Below, in pieces: positions 39,144 to 53,162 of a DNA stretch of 64,000 bases. Below the pieces are notes generated by a model. That model was given only the letters and a program-made list of their open reading frames with translations. It was not told the origin of the DNA and searched no databases. The stretch's first letter is position 1. Each line of letters starts with the position of its first letter. Origin of the DNA: Chrysomallon squamiferum (Eukaryota; Animalia; Mollusca); NCBI GenBank assembly GCA_012295275.1, contig CM022675.1, positions 7,440,001-7,504,000 of the forward strand. Reading direction: 5' to 3'. Made by a program: the position numbers and the translations under genes.

Positions 39144-40633
39144 TTTGTTGATTTACCTTGCAATGGTATCGGTTACTTGAGCTGGAAATTATTGACGTTT
39201 TTTTTAGTATTTTAATTTGTTCCATTAATTCCTCGGTGGATAATGGTAAACAAAAAAACAAAAACAGGATTGTGCTGTGTGCAGAATTATCCTGCTTCTG
39301 CGGGACTGCTGCCTCTGTGAGAAAAATGGTGGAAGTAGGTTTCGACAGAATTATTGATTCTCATTTCCACGTAGTTAAGCATTTCTGATGTTGCACATGG
39401 TGGTGGTGGTGTCTTGTGCTAATTTCAGACGTTCTCTCGTGTTTATACAGTTCTCAGAGGAAGGGACAGACAGGCATCCATTAATGTGTGGTGCAGTTTG
39501 TTAATGATTAATTTTATTTATTTATTTTATTTTATTTATTTTGTTTTATTTACGTGTTAATGCGATGCAACTGCGAAGTCTGGACAGACGATATACATTG
39601 TTGTTGTTGCTTCTTCTTCTTCTTCGTTGTTGTTTTTCAGAGAAATGTCACAGTGTTTGAGCTTGGAGGACCCTGTTTACTGATCAGCTTGACTCCTCTG
39701 TCAGTTTTCTCTGCCAGTATTGATTAAGAATATGTTGAAAGAGGAAACGGTGTTTTTACGTAATTCTCTTCGTTCGTTCATTTTTCTGCATGGATTACTA
39801 CGTTATGGATTCTCTGTTGCGTAGCTTGAAATATGGTCAAGGATCATTTGTTGTTTTTGTCGTGTTGTAGTGGTTGAAATCTGTTCCTGGATCGTTTCAT
39901 GTGTTTGTGTTGTAATGGTTGAATTGTGGTAAAGGGTTTGTGTTTCATCTTGTTAAAATATGTTGAGCGGTAATTCAGATTTTGGGTTTTATTTTGTTGA
40001 AATGCGTTAACAGATCGTTCCGATTTTGTGTTAAGAATGCATTCATTTAACATTTGGATTAGATTTATAACCCATGTGAAGATATCAGCTTACTCACATA
40101 TACACATATATTGTGTATTGTTCGTATCAGTCTGAAAAACATGGTTGTTTACTATATATACTGGATTTTTACAATTGAAATACACTTCTAACATTTCTTC
40201 AGATAAATATTTATTAAAATTAAGTACCGCTATTGCACAGTATGGTCATACAAGCCTGTAGTATGAAAAAAAAACAATTAATCAATGACAAAGTTGTTAT
40301 AGAATTAGTGTTTCCACTGTTCCTGCATATAAAGAACTAAATTAGACTTAATTTTTGAGTATAAACAAGTAGCAGAATCAGAAATCAGTAAGTATATGTT
40401 ACATGCATGTTGTCATTAATGTTACGTAAATCTAAATTCTTATTCATCTAAAATTACATATTTAGATTAATTTACATTCTTATTGTTGATGTTTATTTAT
40501 ATATTGTATCATTATATATTGCATATGCACACATACACAGACACATAAATAACACATATAATAATCAGAATTTCTGGAAAGATTATTTTCCTTGATGCAT
40601 TTTCATGTACATGCATTTACCGTACTGTTTATG

Positions 40634-40668
<35 letters not shown>

Positions 40669-40801
40669 CTTTATATATATGTATGTATGTATGTTTGTAT
40701 GAATGTATGTATGTACATAGGTTTGAATGTGTGTGTGTGTGTATATGTATGTTTGTATGTATCTGTGTATGTATGTATGCGTGCATTGTTGTATGTATAT
40801 G

Positions 40802-40837
<36 letters not shown>

Positions 40838-42253
40838 TGTATGTAGTTATGTATGTTTGAATGTGTGTGTGTGTGTATGTGTGTGTATGTTTGTATGTAT
40901 CTGTATGTATGTATGTGTGTGTGTGGGTGTGTGTGTGTGTGGGTGTATTATGTAACAGATATTACTATAAATGGATGATGACACACTAAAACCCACATTG
41001 CATGTAAAGGGTGTTTCACACTCGGTTTCACTGTAGAAACTTCCAGACTGTAAGGAAAGGATTATTTAGTGACACTGCAAGTAAAAGCTCTGAAAATGTT
41101 GACAGTAAATGGAAATTTCTAGACTAAAAGCTTTCATAATGTCATCTTATGCTAATGTTGTCTGCAGTATTGAGATCTTATCTTCCTTATTCCTCATTTT
41201 AAAATATAAAGTTGAAGTAGACATAATAAGTAGTCTGTGTAATGATGCCATTATTCATGTAGTAATGATATCTTGTTTTTTTTTCGGTAATTATGTCTTT
41301 ATTCCTGATTAAAAATATACAATTGAAGTACATCTGTTATCATGTGGTAGATTGAAGTCATGACATCTCATTTTTTTTAATTTAAAATAAAAATTTAATG
41401 TAAGAATAAAATAAAAATTTGAAGTAGACATAATACGATATACTGTAGTAATGATGTCATTATTCCTGAGTTTAAAATGTAAATTTGAAATAATATAATA
41501 TTGTAGCATGAGGTGATGTTAATATTTATTCCTGGAATAACAGTGCCTTAATATTATTTTAATTCTTGATTAAAATAAACAATAATAAAAATGCACATTA
41601 CATATGTATATATGCACATACAGACATCCATGTATATTCAGTCAAACATTAGTATAGACACACACACATAGAGTAATATGTACATGCATGTGAATGTGAA
41701 CACATCTTGTATTTTTACATACTCTATTAATATCTGTGCATGAATGTAAACACATATTCAATACAACAGACACACACACGTATACAAACACACACACACA
41801 CTCACTCACTCACTCACTTGTACGTACACACAATGATTTTGAGTATTTATTGTTGTTTGATATATGAAGCATGTTTTTCAGTGCAGCAGGTGGGTCCATG
41901 TTTCTTTCATATATCATTGTGTGCTTTGTCACGTTTGTGCTGGAAATAATTAGAGAATTCAATGATTTGCCATAAACTATTAATTGTCCAGGTTTTGCAT
42001 CAATAGCTCTCTGAGTGTGTGTGTGTGTGTGTGTGTGTGCTTGTGTGTGTGTGTGTGTGTGTGTGCTTGTGTGTGTGCTTGTGTGTGTGTGTGTGTGTGC
42101 GCATGTGTGTGTGAGGAATGTGCATGTGTAGTAAGTATAAAACTGAATGCGTCTGTTTGTTTTAGCTACATGGATTTCTTAATCTAAATAAATCATACAT
42201 TAAAACACATACTTCCACATTTATAAACACTCTCACTCACACACACTATCCCA

Positions 42254-42311
<58 letters not shown>

Positions 42312-42774
42312 CACTTACTCTATCTCTACCACATACATTTTAACACCTAGATACACTATATCCCTCTCTCCTTCACTCACACAAATATTTCGAAACCCAC
42401 ACACATACAAACATCCACATTAAAACTAAGATCTAAGAGTAACATTTTTTTTTTTTTTTTTTTTTATATATATATATATATATTCATACTTACACATAAA
42501 AGTGCACTGGTCTGAAATGATCATTATTTATGTGTTCTGAGTTTGTTTGAGAAGGATTTAAAGATTTATAATGGTTGACATCGCTTTGATATTCGTATCA
42601 GTGACATGGTTTGTCTCAACTGCATTTTAATGTCTTCTTTGTGGTTTGTCAGCAGTATTAGGGATTCTTATTCTTAATAAAACATCTTCTCCATCTTCTG
42701 TTTCAGTGAGTCTTAGATTGGTGGTAGACCTTTTTAAATAATTATATTATTTTATATTAGTATTAACCTGTTGG

Positions 42775-43316
42775 TAGAGCTTTTTATAAGTTTTTGTTAG
42801 CTTGATGGTAGTGTATTTTATAATACTTTATATATCTGAATATTAGGTTGATGGCAGAATATTTTATAATATTTTATATATTTCTTAGCTAGATGGTAGA
42901 GAATTCTATAATATGTTATATATATCTTAACTTGATAGAGCATTTTATAATATTTTATATATATCTTAACTTGATGGTGGAACATTTTATAATATGTTAT
43001 ATATATCTTAACTTGATAGAGCATTTTATATTTTGAATGTATCTTAACTTGATGGTAGAGCATTTTATAATATTTTGTATGTATCTTAACTTGATGGTAG
43101 AGCATTTTATAATATTTTATATATATCTTAACTTGATGGTAGAGCATTTTATAATATTTTATATATATCTTAACTTGATGGTAGAGCATTTTATAATATT
43201 TTATATGTATCTTAACTTGATGATATAACATTTTATAATATTTTATATGTATCTTAACTTGATGGTAGAACATTTTATAATATTTTACATATATCTTAAC
43301 TTGACGGTAGAGCATT
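42775..43316. repeat. 42-bp minisatellite, ~12 copies
   Basis: Unit ATCTTAACTTGATGGTAGAGCATTTTATAATATTTTATATAT. It produces the 165-aa (MLYHQVKIYIKYYK)n ORF on the - strand. Confidence 0.95.
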
Positions 43317-43389
43317 TAAAATTTTTTTTTAGCTAGGTTTGAGCTTGTTGGTAGAATTGTTTTGTATGACATTCTGTATCTCTGAATAA

Positions 43390-43540
43390 TAGCTCTGTAG
43401 TAGAGCATTTGTCCAGGGTTAGGCTCTGTTCTCTGTGGCAAACTATTGGTTTATTTCCTGTTCCAGACAGAGCTCATGGTGATAACCTGTCTGTGGGAAG
43501 GTAAACATAACATACCTCTTGCTGCTAACTGATGGAAAAG
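43390..43540 (+). mobile_element. Second decayed tRNA-derived SINE relic (Meta-like)
   Basis: tRNA-head/A-box-like TAGCTCTGTAGTAGAGCA at 43390, then TATTTCCTGTTCCAG and CCTGTCTGTGGGAAGGTAAACATAACATACCTCTTGCTGCTAA, similar to the copy at 21271-21335. Confidence 0.55.
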
Positions 43541-43864
43541 GACGTGCTATACATGTTACTAGTAAACTGTTGTTACTTGTGTGTTTTAATGTAATTGTTA
43601 CTAAGCAGCTTTATTATTTTTTGTGTCATACAAATATTGATTTATGTATTTGGTATTAACAGTTTGCAGTTATTACATATACACACTTGTCAACATCAAT
43701 TTGAAACAGTTACATGATGTGTGTGTGTGTGTGTGTTGTTATTGCTATTACTATTATTGTTATTATTATTATTATTATCATAACTATGTTTAATACCTTT
43801 GAACTAGGTTTGGTAAAATTTTTACAAATCATGATCCTGATTTCATAATCACACACACACTCAT

Positions 43865-43949
<85 letters not shown>

Positions 43950-45217
43950 ATGAGCTTGTAAAAAAACTAATAACCTTTAAATCTGATACTATTTTGGTGT
44001 TTATAGTTAATTTTATATTTTCTATATAAACCCAGCAGACCTAATGAATATATCTTATTATTTAACAATAATTAATACAAAATATGTGAGCTATTTTCTA
44101 TTTTTGTATATAAAACATAAACTTTTACTTACATTTCATTAAATTTTACAGACAATTTTTTTTATCAAGGCTTTGAGTTCATCGTTGTTTCTGATAATTG
44201 TATTCAGTCTCTGTATTCAGGTCATGGGGAGGTGTATGAATATTCATGAAGCTAGATAAGAGTGATTATTCATGTATTGTTAATTTGTGTTAAATTAGTT
44301 AATATTACTTGATGACCTGTTTGCACTTTGACATCCACCATATTATTAAAACTAATTTGTTTTTGGATTATTTCATTAAGTAAATTAATAAGTAAAATAA
44401 TGTTATTTTTGCGTCAATGTGTGTGTTAGTGTTCATGTGGATTCATGATGTCTATATGTCTGTGTGTCTGTTATTTGCCTTTTTTCTGACTTGGTTTGGT
44501 ACTTTTCTTTTTAAAGGATTCTTTTTTTTTGTTTTTTTGTTTCTGATAACAAAAAGTGAAATTTAATTATTAATTTTTTTCATTAACTCTAAAGCACTGA
44601 CAGTAAATGAACACATAAACATATAAATCGGATGAAATAAATCTTGCATAAAATACGCTTATTCAGACAACAAGTTTAAACACATCGAAAAGCGAGAAGA
44701 CTGTGGCTTGTAGCTGGTGCATGTAAAATCACCAATCTCATCTGTCATCATTCAGAATGATTAGTCACCACTTGTTAACATTACATCATCGCCCCAGGCA
44801 ATTAATTAACCCTCTGTGTGCTAAAAACCCAGCTAGGTTAAGTCATTATCTAAGTTGATTAATATTATACACCACATACCTTGTCTTATCAGATTTTGTA
44901 CAGTTGACTTTGAAATTTAATACTTGTGAACGTATGCAAATACATGCACACATATATACATACATAGAACACACACACACACACACATACACACATACAC
45001 ATACACACATTCTTATACATATATACAGATGTATATAGGCTATTACACATATACAAATTATATATATATATATATACATATGTGAGCACATACATACATA
45101 CATACATACATATCTACAGATGGTTGGAACAGAATATAGCCATAATAATAATAATAATAATAATTCAAATACATTATTATTAATGCTGCAGCTGTTACTA
45201 CTATTACTACTGCTAGT

Positions 45218-45249
<32 letters not shown>

Positions 45250-47800
45250 AATAATGAAATTGAAATATAATAAACAACAAAAAACAACACAATAACAACA
45301 GTAATATTAGTAAAGAATGAATAAAAAAAAATAAAAATTAAAAAATCATAAGGCAGTTTAACATTAAAAGTTACTAGATACCTAACATATGCTTAGTAAT
45401 AATATAATGATGTAAATATTTTGCTACCATTATATATTAAATAAATAAAATAATAATTAAATAATTGTAATGAATAATAACAGATATACAAGTATAATTA
45501 CTGCAGTAACATTACTGAAATCGTAATTAATAATTTTAATAATAATGCAAATACATTACTGCCAATAAATGAATGAATGAATGAATGAATGAATAAATAA
45601 ATAAATGTGATAATAATTACAAGATATAAAAAAAAAAAAATTACACTGATAACAATAAAACTGAAAGAATACTCAATATTGAAAAAGAACATTTTAAAAT
45701 TCTCACACATTTAAACAACAAAAGTACATTTATATCTATAACTATCAGTTTGAAAAAAAAAGTAATATTTTAATCCCCTTTGTTTTTAAAAAAGATTTTA
45801 TATATATCTGAAAATGGGCTTGCTGGTAAATAGAACATTTTAAAATCCTAACCCCCCCCGACCCAATAAGTACATTTGAACAACAAAAGATATGTATTAC
45901 ATAAATACAGCAAAATACAAAACACAGCTTACCTTTGAGTTTAAGTGTACTGTCATGCATTTATGCACACACATTTGCATATATAATTTATAGCTCATTG
46001 CCTCCAGTGGTCACATGACAAACAGGATGTCATATTTTTATCTACGTTGGCCACAGGAGTTTTTAGTTTGAGATTTTATTTATACTTTGACTTACCTGTA
46101 AATTTACCTTAATTTAACGACTTGTGTACGTTTCAAATCTACCTGTACACAATGAGATATTTATCAGATAAGTGGTTAAATGAAACTGGAGCTGTCTTCC
46201 GGTCTACAACTATCTAGTACATCTGTCTACCTGTATGTGTGTGTATTTATTATCTACGTAATGCGTGATATAAATTTATATTTTTACCTGGTGTGTAGTT
46301 TTGGATTTATTTCAGTGATAAATAGTTTGATGGAAGTTTGTTTTTCTCTGTGTTAAATGGAGTGAGGAATATGAAGCTTTTGGATTTTTTTAAATATAGA
46401 AAACTTTTTTCTGTTGGATGTGTTAAAATATTGTTGTTTATGAGCTCTTAAGTTGGTGATTTTTGTTGTTGTTGTTGTTGTTGTGGAATATGTTTTATTG
46501 TTGTTTCAAGTGATTGTGTGTTCAAATGTTGAGTTATGGTGTAAGTATAGTTTAATTGTGCTTTTTTTATAAAGTGATTAGATTTTGTATTATTCAGCAA
46601 CATGGGGGAACTTGTGTTATATTTATATAACAAAAGAGATTTTTTTCTGTTTTTCTTTCATGGAGCATTTTGAAATTTTGTGTTTACGGAAATCAGGAAA
46701 TCTTTTGTATTTTCCTTTCTGGTTGCATATTTTAGAATGATAATAAATTTTGTGTTGTAATCTTCTTCATCATCATCAGCATCATCATCACAGGTCACCC
46801 ATCATCTTACACAAATTAAGAATTCCTTATTTATATTTGAAATTTATTTTAATTATTATGCTTAAAGCAAACTAAATTATTACACTAAAAATTCATTTTA
46901 ATTTATAATAAATCGATTAATCTATTCTACCATGCAATTCAGTATATATTTTAAGTATAAATTAAATTATTTATAATACATTTAATGTCACCATGGCAAC
47001 TCATTTGATTGTGACACAACAGTATTGTGTAACTTCCTTGATGTTTTGTTTTCATACATACATTGATAATGTATATTGCATGACTGTTAAGGATGTATTT
47101 TAAATTTAGATGAAATTAATTTAGATTATCGATAGCCAGTAATGATTAAGATAACAATGTTGAATATGACTGAGAGGTAACAGGTGATAAAAATAATTAA
47201 ATATTTATCCGATGTATTACTGATGTGAGATCTGATGTAGGTTGATGCAAAAAGCTGTTGGTTTGTTATTAAAGATAATCTACAGTCAAAAACTTGATAA
47301 TGCGATTACTATGAATTATATATTTTAATTGAGGTTTATTAATTTATTGAGATAGTTTGTAATTGAAATTTCTTAATATTGGTTAAATGTGAAAATTTGT
47401 TGAGTTATTGTTTATTTTGATAAATTTATAGTCAAACTGTTAATATTTAAATAAATATTAAATTTTTATGTTGATGTTTTATTAATGAAACATTGATTAA
47501 TTTAATATTATTAATTCTGTTATTGAAACATGGTGTATGTAAAAAAATTCTGTTACAGTAATTTCTTTTTACTTATTTTCTATATTTATTTATTTATATA
47601 TTATTTTTCTTAAATAAGTTTTACTACTACTACTACTATAACTACTACTACTACTACTACTACTACTGTTACTGTTGATAACAACAACAAAGAGAACAAA
47701 ATAAGTGATAATGAATTAAAAATAAATAAAAATAAAATAAAATGAAATAGTTAAGGAAAAATGTAAATAGTAACAAAAATAAAGTAATATTAAAAAAATA

Positions 47801-47835
<35 letters not shown>

Positions 47836-49609
47836 ATATGCAAAATGAATTGAACAGCTGTGCTAATTAATGTTTTTGTGTAAGATAAAAAAAAAAGTTT
47901 TAAAAGACAATAACATATTTATTTTTACTTGCACTAAGGTTTTACTACCAGTATTTAAATATTCTCTGCATATATTACAGAAACTGCCTGTTAAAAAATA
48001 GTAAGATTATTATTATTCAGAAAATATATGATAAAATTTCAACACACATTTAGCATATTTTTACAATTCTGAAATAGTCAATGTATGATATAGTGTCAAT
48101 TAATATTTGTGTCTTGTTTTGTATAAATTACCAACTGAAAAAGAATTGAAGATATTTTCACAAAAAATTTAATAGTTTCAAGCTGTGATCAAAATTTTTT
48201 ACATTAAGTAATTTTCTTTTTGTTATCTCTCTGTTTGACAAAGCATTGAGAAAGGAATCCTATCACAAATACCAGTGTCGTAATATTGAATCAGACAATT
48301 GTTTTTCTTCTTCTTACCTGTTTGCTTTGAGTTTCCTGCTAACGAGTTTGTGTTTATTTACTTGTACAGGTGAGAACATCTCTGGTGTTTTTTTTTATCA
48401 CCTTTGAACTGAGGAAGTTTTAAAATACTTGTTGTTTTTTACATGTGGATGCTGAGTTTGTAAAATTGGATTGTGCTAACCGTTTTTGTGTTCGATAAAG
48501 CAAAATTCCTATCCTTTTGTCTTTGACAAAATCTTAGTGAAGTATTTTTGATGTCGATATTGATGGATATTTTATGGTTTTCATCTGGATTACATTGAAG
48601 GGAAATTTGAGTTTGAATTTTGGAGTTTTTTTTGCAGAGAATGTGTGCATTTCTTTGGTGTAAATATTTATTTTTTAACAGTTTTATTTATTTATAGATA
48701 AAGTGTTTCATTGATGCTGTGTAGATATTTTGGAGATATATTTCATATTCTTCTAAATTTTGTTTGGTTTAAAAAGTATACTTTTTATTTATTGTTTTTA
48801 AATTTTTATTTAAAGTTTCATTTATTTTAAATTTAGATTTAAATTTTTAATTTTAATTTTAATTTTTTTAATTTAATTTAATTTTAATTTTATTTAATTT
48901 TATTTTATCTTAATTATTTAATTTTAATTTTAATTTTAATTTATTAAATTGATTAAATTAGTTATACTTTTTTTAATTCATTTTTTAAAAGCCAAATTTT
49001 TATATTTTAAATATTTTCATGTAGATATAATTTTCAAATAAAGAATACATATATGGCTTGTGAAAAAATATTTAAATTTTTTTAATATCAATAGTTATTT
49101 GGCTTTTATTTTTGAATCCAATCACAAAAATGGAGAGTAATGTATAGCTTTTAATCTTGCTATACACCCCACTTTTTCCTTCTTTTATCTGGTATGTTTA
49201 CACTAGTGTATTTTATTTTTCACTAGATTTTTTTTTGCTATTATTATTATTATTATTTTTTTTTTTTTTTTAAAAACAGACTGTTGAACTTAAAGGCGTA
49301 TTGCAGAAAACTCCCTTTTCTTTTTTTTATCTTTCTTTTTTTTTTTCTTTCATGTTAAAAATATTTCACAACATGTCACAAAATGATGAATCTTGTCTGG
49401 GGTTGTTATTTTTGTTCTTCAGAAAGCTCATCACAATGACTAGATAATAACTTCGCAGTCTGATTTTAACCGATAAATTATTCATCTCCATTCTTAGTGC
49501 TGAAGTTTTTAAAAACTAAGGATATTCATCAATTTTGGAGGTCATTCGTAATCTCACTGTTATGTTTCAAGAGTCAGAAAAACAATATTCAGGTTCAGGT
49601 TTTCTCCTC

Positions 49610-50300
49610 AAGGAGTAAATTTTATTGGACAACATTTAAATACTGAAATGTTTTTATGGGTAACTGTAACGCAATTCAGCGATTCATTAATAACTATAAA
49701 GAATGAGCTTTTATTTATGGATAACATGTTATAGGTGAATGTTTTAAAGAGATTCAGCGATTCATGAATGAAATCAAGGGGATAAGCTATGTTTATGGAT
49801 GATATTTAATAGGTGAAATATTTTTGGAATAACATTTAAGGAGCTGAAATGTTCTTAAGTAATGTTAAGGAGTTGAAATGTTTTTATGACTGAAATTAAG
49901 GATGTGGAACAGTTGTATAAATCATATTACTGAGGTTGAATATTTTTATGAATAGATCCATTAATGAGATGGATTACTTGAATAATACATAAATGACTGA
50001 AATTAAGGAGGTGAGGTAATATTTAGAAATGACTTTAAGGAGTGGATTCTTAATATGAATAACACTGAAGGAGTTGGAAAGGTTTATGTATTGCATTAAG
50101 GAACTGGAATCTTTGTAGACTGAAATTAAGGAGTGGAATATTTGAATGAATAGGATTAAGGAGTTGAAAAATATGCATTACCGTAAGGATGTTGGTTATG
50201 ACTTGTATGTTTTAATGGTGACATTTATAACTTGGAATATTTTTATTCATGACAACAGGCTGGTAACTTGGTTTTATTGATAACTGTAGAGAGATTGGAA
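49610..50300. repeat. Old degenerate tandem repeat (TTAAGGAGTTGAAATGTTTTTATG-like)
   Basis: Recurring ttaaggag(t/c)tg(a/g)aa and gactgaaattaagga motifs. Confidence 0.6.
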
Positions 50301-50669
50301 TGTTTAAATTATGTGGATGAGTTTAACAAGGTCATAATCTTTGGGGTTTTTTTTTTTAAAATATCGTTTTGTTGTTTTACTGTGGTTTGCAGAGGTTTAA
50401 AATATTTTTCTTTTTCAACAGGTGTCTTTTAAAAAAAACTGTTACTGTGGTTTAATTCAGATCCTCAGGATTAAAGGATATGTGATATGTTCTTACTGAG
50501 GAACACATTCAGAACATGACAGAACAAAAACAATGAACACTGAACATATTTGCAATTAAAACAAAAAATAATAGGTTTTTTTTTAAAAATCAATGCTTTG
50601 ATGTGTGAATCCATACTTTGCTCATGGTCTAGATAAAAGGCTAAAAGTAGCTCAATCTGCATTTGAAAC

Positions 50670-51000
50670 ATTGATAAATTTGCAGGATAATCTTGGTGAA
50701 TATATAGTCACTCTGATAAATTCTGCACGAGGTTATTGCGGAATTTAGTCACCCAGTGTTAAATTTGCAGGATCACTGGTTAATATATAGTCACCCAGTG
50801 TTAAATTCTACAGGAGTATATTGCTGAATATAGTCACCCAATGTTAAATTCTACAGGAGTATATTGCTGAATATAGTCACCCAATGTTAAATTCTGCAGG
50901 AGTACATTGCTGAATATAGTCACCTAGTATTGTATTAAATTTTGCAAAATTATCTCTGTTATCTGAATATACAGTCACCCAGTGTTGAATTTCTGCTGGA
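50670..51000. repeat. 43-bp minisatellite
   Basis: TAGTCACCCA(G/A)TGTTAAATT at 50788, 50831 and 50874, with more diverged copies on both sides. Confidence 0.9.
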
Positions 51001-51154
51001 TTATCAAGCACAATTTTTATTATCATTTGTACAAGTGGATTTAAAAAAGACTGTATCACTCTGTGGCTTAAATATTTTTATCAAGCTGTGATGGGACAAA
51101 TGGTTTAAATACCTATGCAACATTTTGTGTCATATGAGGAAATTGTTTAAATTT

Positions 51155-51381
51155 TGATTTATACCTGTCTGTGAAAAAAAAAAAATTGGAAAAAAAATCT
51201 ATTTGTCTAGTAACAAAATAGTTCAGGAAAGGTTTTATGGAAATATTTTATTTCTAATTGTGATACACTGTGATTTATACCTGTCTGTGAAAAAAAAAAA
51301 AAAAGAAAAAAAAATCCATTTGTCTAGTAACAAAATAGTTGAGGAAAGGTTTTATGGAAATATTTTTATTCTAATTGTGAC
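51155..51381. repeat. 116-bp tandem duplication
   Basis: TGATTTATACCTGTCTGTGAAAAAAA...TTCTAATTGTGA at 51155 and 51271. Confidence 0.9.
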
Positions 51382-51677
51382 ATAACTACTTGAGAACATT
51401 GAGATGAGAATGTGTAATAAATAAACCTTGAGGGGGTTGGTTAAAAAAAACTTAATTCTTCAAATTTCAATATTTTTACTATTTCTGGATGTAAAGATCA
51501 AGTGGAAATCAATATTTGTATTCAGTATATACATGAAACATTTTATTACTTACATCAAATTTATTGACTTTATCCTGCACACTGTTTGTAAAGATCAACA
51601 TGTATATTTTATCTAAGGCCTTGGATAGTTATAAACTCGTTTTACGTCACTGCTCAGAATGAGTGAAGAAAACAAAC

Positions 51678-51925
51678 CTGTTGTTCTAAGGATGTAGTAG
51701 TATTCTTCTTGTTGCTCAAAAACGCTTGATAATCTTGGGAAAACTGCTGCAGATGCGTTAATCTGATCCATGGATTAGCGTAGATTAATTCTTCCTTCTT
51801 GATGGTCCACGCTGCTATGGAAAGAATCCCACGGCCGAGGACGATGATGTCGCAGCCAGGAGTCCCACTGAGTGACAAGATTCTTGATCATGTTCTGGTA
51901 CTACATACGTTTTGTTGTAAAATTA

Positions 51926-51926
<1 letters not shown>
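51678..51926 (-). other. Candidate antisense exon nested in the CLASP intron
   Basis: GC/CpG-richer island. On the - strand it is preceded by a long (TC)n/(AC)n tract ending acAG and ends CAG|GTTTGT. An ATG at 51771 opens MDQINASAAVFPRLSSVFEQQEEYYYILRTT to the donor. No partner exon was confirmed. Confidence 0.3.
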
Positions 51927-51927
<1 letters not shown>

Positions 51928-51967
<40 letters not shown>

Positions 51968-51969
51968 AA

Positions 51970-52053
<84 letters not shown>

Positions 52054-52065
52054 AGAGAGGCAGAG

Positions 52066-52109
<44 letters not shown>

Positions 52110-52110
52110 G

Positions 52111-52162
<52 letters not shown>

Positions 52163-52203
52163 GAGAGAGAGAGAGACAGAAAGACAGACAGGGAGACAGA
52201 GAG

Positions 52204-52275
<72 letters not shown>

Positions 52276-52295
52276 GCAGAGAGGTAGAGAGAGAG

Positions 52296-52345
<50 letters not shown>
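51928..52345. repeat. Compound (TG)n(AG)n microsatellite, ~420 bp
   Basis: Directly visible. Confidence 0.98.
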
Positions 52346-52370
<25 letters not shown>

Positions 52371-52401
52371 AAATTATTTATTTTTGTATTTTTAGTAGTT
52401 G

Positions 52402-52435
<34 letters not shown>

Positions 52436-53131
52436 CAATTATTATTATTATAAAGATATATTATTATTATTGTACAAACATTACAACATTTTAATAGCAG
52501 TGATCCATTCATTTTTATTCAGTTTCATGACCACTAACCTCAACATTAAAATACATCAGTACATTTCTCAAAACAAAAATATTTTTTCATTCTAAATGAA
52601 AAATATCTCAAAATGTATAATCATTTTACTATGGATGTCAAAAACTTGCCGAAAAATTAAATTTAGAAATAAAAATATTAATCTTGCTTGGAAAAAAAGA
52701 AGCTATATATATAAAACTGTATTATTAAATTAATTTTACAACAGAATCTTGATATATCTGTGTAAAAATGTCTGATTTTTTTGTATGTCTGTTTCAGTTA
52801 GTCAGCTTAATATAGTTTGTTGTTCAATTGGATTTTTCACTATTTTCTTAATTTTATTTTTGGTTTAGTCTACTGTAAGATTTCTTGCCATTTTTTCTAG
52901 TCCTTATATACACAGTTGATTTAATAAAGTTATTTTCCTGTTCAATTTTTAGTCATTCATCTATCTAGCTACCTTTTACTAGTGAAGTTAACAAAGTTAG
53001 TCTAGAATCCAATTTTTAGCCATTCATATTTCTGATTGATAAGTTATCGAATCATATAATAATGTCTGATTCAGTAAGTCATTACTGGAATAAATTCTTA
53101 TTTAGATAAGAAATACAGATTTGAGAATTAT

Positions 53132-53162
<31 letters not shown>

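Noticed and set aside
51654-51878. OMP decarboxylase / UMPS gene
   Set aside because: Similarity is limited to about 13 residues, an in-frame stop lies just upstream, and no other UMPS exons are visible.
51872-52207. ER-repeat protein ORF
   Set aside because: Translation of (TG)n(AG)n. The same applies to 91-330, 19025-19463 and 60377-60768.
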